Source: a virus
Length of the DNA: 64,000 bases
Reading direction: 5' to 3' (one strand)
Virus record (IMG/VR): IMGVR_UViG_3300003690_003472
Location: 96,001-160,000 of that record
Made by a program: the position numbers and the translations under genes. Position 1 is the stretch's first letter; each line of letters begins with the position of its first letter. The notes beneath the pieces are model-generated. The model ran no database searches and was not told where the DNA came from. It saw only the letters and a list, made by a program, of their open reading frames with translations. Of the stretch, positions 1 to 8,353 are shown one piece after another.

Positions 1-300
1 TACGGCCTTACTCAAATATTAATTTTTGGTTCAATATTTAATAATATTCGCCCTTCAAGAAATTGGATGTGTGGATTTGGAAAATTATTTCATTGCCCCA
101 TGTGTATGGGCTTTTGGGTAGGCATCTTTTTATTCGGAATTAACAAATACACTGAACTATTTACATATGACTATAATATAGCCAATGCGTTTATATTGGG
201 TTGTTTGGCTTCTGGGTCAAGCTATTTATTAAGCGTTTTGATTAATGACTATGGGCTTAAAATAACTTATAAAGACGAAGGAGATTGTCATGTTAATTAA
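1..300 (+). CDS. Small membrane protein, DUF1360-like (5'-truncated)
   Basis: Frame is open from base 1 (YGLTQILIFGSIF...). Contains LFHCPMCMGFW (CxxC-W) and hydrophobic helices. Confidence 0.55.
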   Translation, partial: YGLTQILIFGSIFNNIRPSRNWMCGFGKLFHCPMCMGFWVGIFLFGINKYTELFTYDYNIANAFILGCLASGSSYLLSVLINDYGLKITYKDEGDCHVN

Positions 301-370
301 AAAGTGGAAATTGCAACCGGTACGTCGTTGCTGCAGTGGCTCCAGTATCGCGCGGCTGACGGCCGCTTGA
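290..370 (+). CDS. 26-aa peptide MLIKKWKLQPVRRCCSGSSIARLTAA (not in ORF track)
   Basis: AAGGAG at 278-283, ATG 290, TGA 368-370. Fills the gap before the protease gene. Confidence 0.5.
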   Translation: MLIKKWKLQPVRRCCSGSSIARLTAA

Positions 371-380
371 GGTGGTAAAA

Positions 381-1022
381 ATGTCTAAAGTGCTTTTACG
401 AGAATTTTTTGAATTAAAATGTGATGAACGTGGATGTCAAGATTTACTAACCGAAGGTGAAAAAAGATTAGTTACTGAAGGATTTTGTATTTTTCCTGCG
501 AAACTACAGCAATGCGATGTACAGAATGGTAATGGTAGAATATATGAAAGAAGCCTTTTAGAAAGAGAAATAGATAACTATGCAAAGTTAGTTGAAGAAG
601 GCCGCGCCATTGGTGAATGTGACCACCCAGACGATAGCGTAATTAATCTTAGAAACGCATCCCACAAAGTTATTAGAATTTGGTGGGATGGCGATGATGT
701 TGTCGGCACAATACAGTGTTTAAAAACACCTTCAGGTGAAATCTTAAAAGGTCTTTATGATAGTGGTGTTAAATTTGGGTTTTCTTCTAGAGCGCTTGGT
801 TCGTTGCGACCTTGCTCAGAGGGTACAGGCGCTCAAGTAGTTCAAGAAGATCTTCAATTAATTTGTTTTGATGCTGTTTCAGAACCTTCTGCTCCTAACG
901 CCTATATTCTAAATCAACCCGGAGGAGCAATCAACATGAATGAAAATGCAGAAAAAAACTTAACAAAAATATTTACAAAAGGCGATAGGATTAATCGTGC
1001 TATAAATAGTATTTTAAGGTAA
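381..1022 (+). CDS. gp21: Prohead core protease (T4 gp21 family)
   Basis: NGNGRIY, AIGECDHP (catalytic His) and GFSSRALG (catalytic Ser). GAGGTGG RBS before ATG 381. Confidence 0.9.
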   Translation: MSKVLLREFFELKCDERGCQDLLTEGEKRLVTEGFCIFPAKLQQCDVQNGNGRIYERSLLEREIDNYAKLVEEGRAIGECDHPDDSVINLRNASHKVIRIWWDGDDVVGTIQCLKTPSGEILKGLYDSGVKFGFSSRALGSLRPCSEGTGAQVVQEDLQLICFDAVSEPSAPNAYILNQPGGAINMNENAEKNLTKIFTKGDRINRAINSILR

Positions 1023-1025
1023 AAG

Positions 1026-1466
1026 ATGAAAAAAACAGATTTAAAAAAAATATTAAAACCTCTGGTAAAACAATGTGTTAAAGAGGTTTTATTAGAAGAG
1101 GGTGTTTTATCTAGTGTTGTCTCTGAGGTAGTTGTTGGCCTTTCCCCGCTGTTGGTTGAAAACAAAAACAACAGCATGAAACCAACAAATGAAATTTCCT
1201 TAAAGCAGCAAAAGCTTTTGGAACAACAAAGACAAGAACTTGAAGAAGAAAAGACGCAGACAATTAAAGAACAAAAAATAAAAATTTTAAATGCTACCGG
1301 ATTTGGAAGTGAAGTGTTCGATGGCGTAGAACCTTTAGCTTTTGCCGGAACACCAGACAGCAACCCTCCCACGAGCGCGTTAGCGGGAACTGCCCCTAGC
1401 GATGCAGGTATAGACATATCTGGTATTATAGCTTTGGGTGGCAATAGATGGAATAAATTAGTTTAA
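1026..1466 (+). CDS. Hypothetical head-module protein
   Basis: Position in the head module. N-terminus MKKTDLKKILKPLVKQCVKEVLLEE resembles the MKxTxxxLxxIIKEE leaders at 31.3-32.2 kb. Confidence 0.55.
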   Translation: MKKTDLKKILKPLVKQCVKEVLLEEGVLSSVVSEVVVGLSPLLVENKNNSMKPTNEISLKQQKLLEQQRQELEEEKTQTIKEQKIKILNATGFGSEVFDGVEPLAFAGTPDSNPPTSALAGTAPSDAGIDISGIIALGGNRWNKLV

Positions 1467-1480
1467 GGAAAATAATTAAA

Positions 1481-1708
1481 ATGTCAAAAAGGCCCATTAA
1501 TGTAGAAGTAAGACCACGAGATAAAAATGAAAATATAGAACGTATGATTCGCCGTTTTACAAAAAAAGTTAAAAAAGAGCGCATTATTGAAAACTTTAGA
1601 GAGCGTATGTATTATGAAAAGGAATCCGACAAAAGAAAAAGATTAAAAGCACGACGCAAAAAAGTGTTAGATAAATTAAGGATCGAGAGAGAAAATAGAT
1701 TAAAATAA
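1481..1708 (+). CDS. rpsU: Ribosomal protein bS21 homolog
   Basis: 75 aa, basic. ENIERMIRRFTKKVKKERII...RERMYYEKESDKRKR matches the bS21 pattern E..LRRFK....R...YEKPS..R. Confidence 0.85.
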   Translation: MSKRPINVEVRPRDKNENIERMIRRFTKKVKKERIIENFRERMYYEKESDKRKRLKARRKKVLDKLRIERENRLK

Positions 1709-1715
1709 CTATTTA
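1708..1715 (+). promoter_or_regulatory. Candidate late promoter ACTATTTA
   Basis: Recurrent motif, 19 nt before ATG 1735. Confidence 0.6.
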
Positions 1716-1734
1716 ATTAAAAAGGAGAATTAAA

Positions 1735-2148
1735 ATGGTATTCAACCCAGGACATGGTGTCGGATTAAGAAATGTAGGATCATATCAGATTTCTGGGCAC
1801 CCTTATATTACAGGCTCTTTATTGGCCACCGGCGAAGAAAAAGCAGTTATATTTCCACAGGTAACAAGAGAATTTACAGTAATCAACTCTGGAAGCACTG
1901 GCGGGGCAGGCCCAGTATTAAGAATACATTTTAATTCCACTTCATCTGGTGATGTGTATGCTGGGCATCACTATATTACACTAGAAAGCGACGATCAATC
2001 AATAACCTTCCACACTAAATGTAAAGAGCTTTATATTAGTTGTGTTGGTAATGGCGGCGGCGACAGTGGGTTTGAAGTACTTGCAAACTTAACCAACATT
2101 GGCGACAGTCATATGTATGAATTAACAGGTGCTGGCCTAACCGACTAG
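1735..2148 (+). CDS. Hypothetical virion protein
   Basis: Strong RBS (AAGGAG), late motif upstream, beta-rich G/S/T composition. Confidence 0.55.
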   Translation: MVFNPGHGVGLRNVGSYQISGHPYITGSLLATGEEKAVIFPQVTREFTVINSGSTGGAGPVLRIHFNSTSSGDVYAGHHYITLESDDQSITFHTKCKELYISCVGNGGGDSGFEVLANLTNIGDSHMYELTGAGLTD

Positions 2149-2163
2149 AGGAAAACAAACACT

Positions 2164-4749
2164 ATGTCAGATTTTTTTGCAGGCGATAAAACAACTAAAG
2201 GCTCAACAATTGCATCAGGCGATGCCAGCACTGTTCACCAATTTACAGGCAGTGTCCGCGTCCAAGGCCTTGTGTCATCCTCTTTGGGCATCTCGGCCAG
2301 TAGTTTTGTCGGAGATGGTTCCGGACTAACAAACCTTCCTGGAGGCGGCGGTGGATCCCCCGGCGGGTCTGATACTCAAATACAATATAATAATGGTGGA
2401 TCTTTTGGTGGTATATCCGCCCTTACTTGGGACGATACAAACATAAAGGTAGCAGACGATACAAAGCTTTTCTTTGGTACCAATAGCGATGCCTCTATAG
2501 AATACGATGAAGATGGAACCAATAGGCTAATCATTTCAGGATCCGCAGACGGTATTGAAGTTACTGGAACTCTTAATGTTAGTGACGATATTGATTGTGC
2601 GGGAGGTCTTTCAACCGGTGGCAACAATACGCTCGGCGGCTTCCTTACTACAGTTAACTCGCTCACCACTCTCATAAATGGCAACATTGAGCTTGGCAAC
2701 GGCTCCAGCGACCAACTCGATATTAATGCGAGCTTTGTTTCGGACCTCGTTCCGCTCACCACAGACATCTATGATTTAGGTACTACCGCGCTTCAGTGGG
2801 GAGATATTTATGTTGGAGACGATAAAAAGCTTTATTTTGGATCCAACCAAAGTGGCTCTATTGAGTTCACAGGGAGTACTAACACATTAATTCTTAGTTG
2901 TTCGTCAGGCCTAGACATTTCGTCTGGAGATGGCATGGACATTACTATTGCTGCTGGCGACGAGGAAGCTCTTGTACTTCAAGACGAGAGTGGTTCAAAT
3001 ATCATTACAATTGAAACCAGCGAAGGTGGCAGTGATAATGAAGTTCATTTTCATTCTATAACAGTAATAAGAGATTCACTTACATTCTCAGGAAGTGATG
3101 GCTACGAGTCTGCAATGATTGAGACTGATAATACTGGGGATTATTTAATGATTTCTGGCACTGCAGATGGTATTCAAATTACTGGTAGTATTTTTGCAGA
3201 TGATATCGATGCTGGCACTGCTGCTAGCGCAGCAAGTTACATTGCTCTTGATGCTAATAATCAATTAGTTTTAGACGAACCTGCAGGCGGCGGAGGTGGA
3301 TCTCCCGGCGGATCTGATACTCAAATACAATATAATAATGGTGGATCTTTTGGTGGTATATCCGCTTTTACTTGGGATGATACAAATATAACGATAGCAG
3401 ATGATACAAAGCTTTTCTTTGGCACCAATAGCGATGCCTCTATAGAATATGATGAAAATGGAACCAATAGGCTAATCATTTCAGGATCCGCAGCTGGTAC
3501 TGAAATTACTGGTACTCTTGGTGTTAGTGATGATGTAACAATAGATGCTTTGCTAGTAATGAAAGATTCAATTTGGTTTTCTGGTAGCGCACACGATGAT
3601 GCCGCAATAATTGAAATGACCGATGACGGGAATTCTTTAATTATTTCCGGTTCTTCAGATTTCAACGTCGGCGGCCTTGTCATAAGCGGAAGCTCTGTCG
3701 TAATGGCCCTCCTGGACGCGCCCATGGCGCCTGGTCTGCAAATGAAAGACGACGTTAAACTCAGCTTTAGCCATACAGACATGAATGCGCCATATATTAA
3801 ATATGATAGTGACGGAGAATATTTAGTTATTTCAGGATCTTCAGATGGCATTATCATAAGTGGAAGTTCTGTCACTTTTGCTCTCGAAGACGAACGGGAA
3901 ATTATACTCAAAGATGATAATATTATTGTCTGGGCCGACGATGGGCCCGCCGACGCAGAGATTGGATATGATAGTGACGAGGGCGCCCTAGTTATTTCAG
4001 GATCGGCAGGAGGATCTGGTGGTACCATTATAAGCGGAAGCCACCTTACTTTTGCTCAAGGCGGCGCGCTCACATCAAGGGTAATGGTTAAAGATGATCT
4101 TCCTCTTGTCTTTGGTGCAGGATCCGGACTCGGTGCATCCCTGATTTATTATGATAGTGGCGACGAACAGCTAATCATTTCAGGAACTGCAGAAGGTGGC
4201 CTTGAAATACAAGGGGCTGGTCTAACCATTGGAGAACTCGGTATTGCCACAAGCTTCGGCACCACGCTTCAGCTAGGCAACGAAACCTCACTCAAATATG
4301 GCGATCCAACAGGCGAACAACAAGGGGGAGATCCTTTGGATGCTAATAAAGGCACTGGCGAAGTGGTTAATTTTGGAACTGCAAGCGCGGCCCTCACCGT
4401 TGGCGCTCTCTATTATTTAAATTCAGACGGAGGCTGGGCCAGCGCATCCGCAGAGACAACCGGCTCTGGCAACAGTTCAATGCTAGGAATAGCTCTGAGC
4501 GACGGAGATCCAGGCGCCGGTGGTATCCAAATGTTGACTCGCGGATATTTTAATGCAGCTACATATCTTTCTGGAGCTTTCGCCACAGGTTCAGTTTTAT
4601 ATGTGTGTTCCACCGCTAATGGTTATATGACAGCTTCAGCACCAGACGAATCAGATAACTATGTTAGAACAGTTGGCTATGCCACGGTGGGATACTCCGG
4701 AAGTATCATATATTTTAATCCTTCAAATGATTGGGTAGAAATCGCATAA
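2164..4749 (+). CDS. Repetitive fibre/decoration-like virion protein
   Basis: 861 aa, acidic G/S/T-rich. Has an 83-aa duplication plus degenerate ~45-aa LxISGS repeats. C-terminal domain (LGIAL...GYF...LYV...TAP...VRTVGYA...FNPSNDW) is of a type common in phage surface proteins. Confidence 0.6.
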   Translation: MSDFFAGDKTTKGSTIASGDASTVHQFTGSVRVQGLVSSSLGISASSFVGDGSGLTNLPGGGGGSPGGSDTQIQYNNGGSFGGISALTWDDTNIKVADDTKLFFGTNSDASIEYDEDGTNRLIISGSADGIEVTGTLNVSDDIDCAGGLSTGGNNTLGGFLTTVNSLTTLINGNIELGNGSSDQLDINASFVSDLVPLTTDIYDLGTTALQWGDIYVGDDKKLYFGSNQSGSIEFTGSTNTLILSCSSGLDISSGDGMDITIAAGDEEALVLQDESGSNIITIETSEGGSDNEVHFHSITVIRDSLTFSGSDGYESAMIETDNTGDYLMISGTADGIQITGSIFADDIDAGTAASAASYIALDANNQLVLDEPAGGGGGSPGGSDTQIQYNNGGSFGGISAFTWDDTNITIADDTKLFFGTNSDASIEYDENGTNRLIISGSAAGTEITGTLGVSDDVTIDALLVMKDSIWFSGSAHDDAAIIEMTDDGNSLIISGSSDFNVGGLVISGSSVVMALLDAPMAPGLQMKDDVKLSFSHTDMNAPYIKYDSDGEYLVISGSSDGIIISGSSVTFALEDEREIILKDDNIIVWADDGPADAEIGYDSDEGALVISGSAGGSGGTIISGSHLTFAQGGALTSRVMVKDDLPLVFGAGSGLGASLIYYDSGDEQLIISGTAEGGLEIQGAGLTIGELGIATSFGTTLQLGNETSLKYGDPTGEQQGGDPLDANKGTGEVVNFGTASAALTVGALYYLNSDGGWASASAETTGSGNSSMLGIALSDGDPGAGGIQMLTRGYFNAATYLSGAFATGSVLYVCSTANGYMTASAPDESDNYVRTVGYATVGYSGSIIYFNPSNDWVEIA
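2341..2589 (+). repeat. Direct repeat copy 1 (249 nt, 83 codons)
   Basis: GGGGGSPGGSDTQIQYNNGGSFGGISA...VSDD, near-identical at DNA level to 3286-3534. Confidence 0.95.
3286..3534 (+). repeat. Direct repeat copy 2
   Basis: 945 nt downstream of copy 1, same frame. Many differences are synonymous. Confidence 0.95.
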
Positions 4750-4766
4750 AGGAGGCTTAATTAATA

Positions 4767-7157
4767 ATGGCAATAGGATCTTCCAAACCAGTTTTATACT
4801 ATACATTTGAAAATGGTACTGGCACTGAAGTCGTTGACCGGTCTAATGCTGGCAATGATCTAGATGGTGGTCGCACAGTAGATGAATGGGATGGCACAAA
4901 CAAAATACGTGGGTCATATGCTTATCTTGCGGATAGCAATGCACAAGCAGTTGGAGATGGCAAGCAAACCCCGACTTCACTTTCTATTGGTGATCTAACT
5001 TCATTTAATTTTATACACCAAACACGCATTTATACTATAAGTATGTGGGTGCGAATGGTAGCGCGCGCAGGAACTGGGGATACTCTTTGCGGCAACATTG
5101 CTGGTACTGAGAAAGGTATATTTTTTGGCTATAATAGCAGCAATCAGTTTTCAATATATGGTGGCGATGGTTCATCACAAGTAAATGTGCTTATTTCTGG
5201 GCATACCTTTACTCTTGATCAGTGGTATCATGTTCTTTTAGTATCTAAAGGAAATAGCACTGACGATCTTGCTGTGTACGTGGATGGTTCTCAAGTGGGG
5301 AGCGACGAAGACGGCCATGCGACTGCCACCGGAAATGCAACAAACACTTTTGCTATTGGAGATGCCGCTTATGCCAATGGATTACACAGCTCTGGGTTCC
5401 CTTTGTACGCTTGGCGAGGCCAGATTGATGAAGTTAGCATATGGGATGCTGATTTCGATGCAAATGAAATAGCAAGCATTTATAATGGTGGCGCACCATA
5501 CGATTTAAGCGACGGACTTAAAGTTAACTATCTTCCTGCTGATATTAAAAGGATAGGCCCCACTGAAGCTCTATTTGTTAAAAAACTTTTTACCACCCTT
5601 GCAGACGACATAAAAAAAGTCACCGGTGGTCCACCATATTCCCCGCCACCACTACCGCCATGGTCTAATGATTATTCCGTTTTGTTGGATGGTGTCAACG
5701 AGTATTTTGAGATAGATGATCACGCCGATTTCGATTTCGATTTCGATGATGCATTTAGTTTATCCGCCTGGATGAAAACTGATAATGCCTCTGACGCTAT
5801 GGGAGTCTTTGGCAAATTTGGCGCCGGTCCCACATATACCGGATATGGCATGCAGATAAAGAGCATATCTGGGAGAACTATCGAGCCTTATTTTTACCTA
5901 GTTAATAGCTGGGGCAGCGTGTATACGCTGTGTAGAGCCAACGTTGATATGACTGCTGCAGAGTGGCATCATGTTGTGTGTACAACCAACGGAAATAGCC
6001 GAGTATCAGGCATGAACATTTATATAGATGGCGTTGCCGCAACCGTTGTCGAGTATCTTGCAGATAACTTAGCCACCTCAATGACCAACAATGAGCCGCT
6101 TTGGTTAGGTACCGATGATGACGGCGCGGAGTTTGATGGAAGGTTGGACGAAATGTCGGTTTGGGATAAAGAACTAACAAGCGCCGAAGTTACTGAGATA
6201 TATAACAGCGGATCGGCAACCGATTTATCAGAACATTCTGCAGAAAGTAATTTGGTTAGTTGGTGGACTATGGGCGATGACTCAAGAGACAGCACAAACT
6301 CAAGCGATCCAGATGCATATATTTACGATCAAAAAGGAGCCCACAATGCAGCACCCGAAAACACGGAAACCTCAGATACCATTAAGGATGTACCGGGTCA
6401 CGTATGGCCTGTTGTATATTATAATATGGAGACTGGAACTGGTACAAGTTTAGTTGATCGATCCGCTGGGCCTAGTGATATAAACGGTACCCTTACTGAC
6501 TCTGGAATGTGGAGCACTAGCTCACCCGCAGCCGGTACTTATTCGTTAGAGTTTGATGCGCTTTCTGATTATGTAACAATTGCACTACCTGCGGACGGTA
6601 CTGTTGGCGCGCCAGCTACAAAAGGCGATTTTGAATATAATAGATCCTTTTCATTTTCTTTATGGTGCAAAATTGCCAGTTTCAGTGGCTGGAAAATTCT
6701 TCTTGCTAACGATAGCGGAGCGAGCGCGCCGAGCTATAGAGGCATCACTCTTGCTGTACAAAACAATTATGTATACTGGATGCTACAGAATTTATGGAAT
6801 ACTGGCACTCATCAAATTGCTCGTTATGGAAATACCCAAATCGGTACTGGTGCTTGGGTTCATGTTATAGTTACATATAACGGCAATGGCGCCAATGATG
6901 GATTAAAAATCTATATCAACGGCTCCGAGGAAAGTAGTTACGGCAATTATCCACCCGGCGCCGGTACCCTGATCGATACTATAGTACCATCTACTGATTT
7001 TAGAATTGCCACCGGCTTTGGCGTCGGTTCTTACGGGTTTGTAAATGGGTACATAGATGAAGTGTCAATGTGGAATATTGAACTTACCTCTGCTCAAGTA
7101 ACAGAACTTTATAATAGTGGCACGCCATTGGACGTTACAAACGGAATAGAGAACTAA
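4767..7157 (+). CDS. Protein with three LamG/concanavalin-A-like domains
   Basis: Three repeats of (T/S)(I/F/L)S.W...W.HV..T......YIDG/NG...G.IDE(V/M)S.W...L...E(I/V)..(I/L)YN.G. Confidence 0.85.
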   Translation: MAIGSSKPVLYYTFENGTGTEVVDRSNAGNDLDGGRTVDEWDGTNKIRGSYAYLADSNAQAVGDGKQTPTSLSIGDLTSFNFIHQTRIYTISMWVRMVARAGTGDTLCGNIAGTEKGIFFGYNSSNQFSIYGGDGSSQVNVLISGHTFTLDQWYHVLLVSKGNSTDDLAVYVDGSQVGSDEDGHATATGNATNTFAIGDAAYANGLHSSGFPLYAWRGQIDEVSIWDADFDANEIASIYNGGAPYDLSDGLKVNYLPADIKRIGPTEALFVKKLFTTLADDIKKVTGGPPYSPPPLPPWSNDYSVLLDGVNEYFEIDDHADFDFDFDDAFSLSAWMKTDNASDAMGVFGKFGAGPTYTGYGMQIKSISGRTIEPYFYLVNSWGSVYTLCRANVDMTAAEWHHVVCTTNGNSRVSGMNIYIDGVAATVVEYLADNLATSMTNNEPLWLGTDDDGAEFDGRLDEMSVWDKELTSAEVTEIYNSGSATDLSEHSAESNLVSWWTMGDDSRDSTNSSDPDAYIYDQKGAHNAAPENTETSDTIKDVPGHVWPVVYYNMETGTGTSLVDRSAGPSDINGTLTDSGMWSTSSPAAGTYSLEFDALSDYVTIALPADGTVGAPATKGDFEYNRSFSFSLWCKIASFSGWKILLANDSGASAPSYRGITLAVQNNYVYWMLQNLWNTGTHQIARYGNTQIGTGAWVHVIVTYNGNGANDGLKIYINGSEESSYGNYPPGAGTLIDTIVPSTDFRIATGFGVGSYGFVNGYIDEVSMWNIELTSAQVTELYNSGTPLDVTNGIEN

Positions 7158-7224
7158 AATATAAAATCTTATTACTTTTATCAGTTTAGCTTAAACAATA
7201 AAAGGTCATTTTAATGTTTATCTT

Positions 7225-7232
7225 ACTAATTA
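7225..7232 (+). promoter_or_regulatory. Candidate late promoter ACTAATTA
   Basis: Recurrent motif upstream of the scaffold gene. Confidence 0.6.
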
Positions 7233-7270
7233 TTCTTGAAAAACTGTTTTAAGGACTAAAGGAGCAGAAT

Positions 7271-8338
7271 ATGTCTAACATGTTGGAACAAGCTATTATT
7301 GATGCAGAGGATCTCAAAGAAGCTGCCAAAAAAAGCGCTGAAGAAAAAATTGTTGAACATTTTTCTAGAGATATTAAAGATGCAATCAATACAATTTTAG
7401 AACAAGAGGAGTTGACCGCAGTAGATCCCACACTTGGACTGGTCGAAGATCCTATGCTCGCACCCCCTGCGCCTGCACCAACTATTGATATAGAAGCCGA
7501 AGGTGGAATTCAAATAGGTGACTCTGTTGTTGAACAAGCACCATATGCAGCCACCACTTCAAATGATGAATTTGTAAGCATCGACTTAGATAAATTAGAA
7601 GAATCTATTGCTAACGCTTTGACTGAAGAGGAATTAGATGAAGATCTTGAACTGGAAGAAGTATATGAGCTAGATGAAGATCTTGAGAGTAATGAGCCCT
7701 CCGAGGTATGCCCATCCGGCATGGATCAGGAAACAGCAGATAAACACGGGTGTGAAAAGCTTGACGAAAATAGTGACTCTTTAGAAGAAATGATTCGAAG
7801 CGCGTTAGCTGAAGAATTTTTAGCCGAAGATGAAGAAAAAGAAACAAAAGAAACAAAAGAAGCAGAAGAAGCAGAAAAAGAAACAAAAGAAGAAACTCAA
7901 AATGAATCTATTGTTCATGAAAGAAACTTATTAAAACTTATGTACAGTGAACAAGTTGATGTCGCTGATGAGTTAACAGAAAAAAATAAAAAATACCGAA
8001 CATTTATTCAGCAATTGAAAGAAGAGGTTCAAAAAGTTAATCTTTCAAATGCTAAATTATTATATCAAAATCGTGTTTTAAAGAGTGTCTCGTTGAATGA
8101 GCGACAAAAAGATAGAATTGTCGAAACTATTACAAATGCGGATACTGTTGAAGAAGCAAAAATTATATATGAAACACTTCAAAGTGCAGTGGGTACTCGT
8201 GTACAATCACACCAGCCAAAATCACTGAACGAAGTCGTGACAAAAAGCTCTTCAGCTTTTGTTCCTCGTAAAGAGGATAAAAGGGAAGACCCCTTTATGG
8301 TAAGGATGAAAACTCTTGCCGGAATAACTGATAAATAA
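7271..8338 (+). CDS. gp22: Prohead core scaffold protein (gp22-like)
   Basis: Very acidic coiled-coil protein with many LxE sites, directly upstream of the MCP. C-terminus RMKTLAGITDK. Confidence 0.8.
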   Translation: MSNMLEQAIIDAEDLKEAAKKSAEEKIVEHFSRDIKDAINTILEQEELTAVDPTLGLVEDPMLAPPAPAPTIDIEAEGGIQIGDSVVEQAPYAATTSNDEFVSIDLDKLEESIANALTEEELDEDLELEEVYELDEDLESNEPSEVCPSGMDQETADKHGCEKLDENSDSLEEMIRSALAEEFLAEDEEKETKETKEAEEAEKETKEETQNESIVHERNLLKLMYSEQVDVADELTEKNKKYRTFIQQLKEEVQKVNLSNAKLLYQNRVLKSVSLNERQKDRIVETITNADTVEEAKIIYETLQSAVGTRVQSHQPKSLNEVVTKSSSAFVPRKEDKREDPFMVRMKTLAGITDK

Positions 8339-8353
8339 AGGAGGAAAGTTAAA

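Noticed and set aside
7833-7898. Short tandem repeats (GAAACAAAA/GAAGCA in the scaffold, GATTTC x3 near 5729)
   Set aside because: In-frame low-complexity coding slippage with no sign of phase variation.
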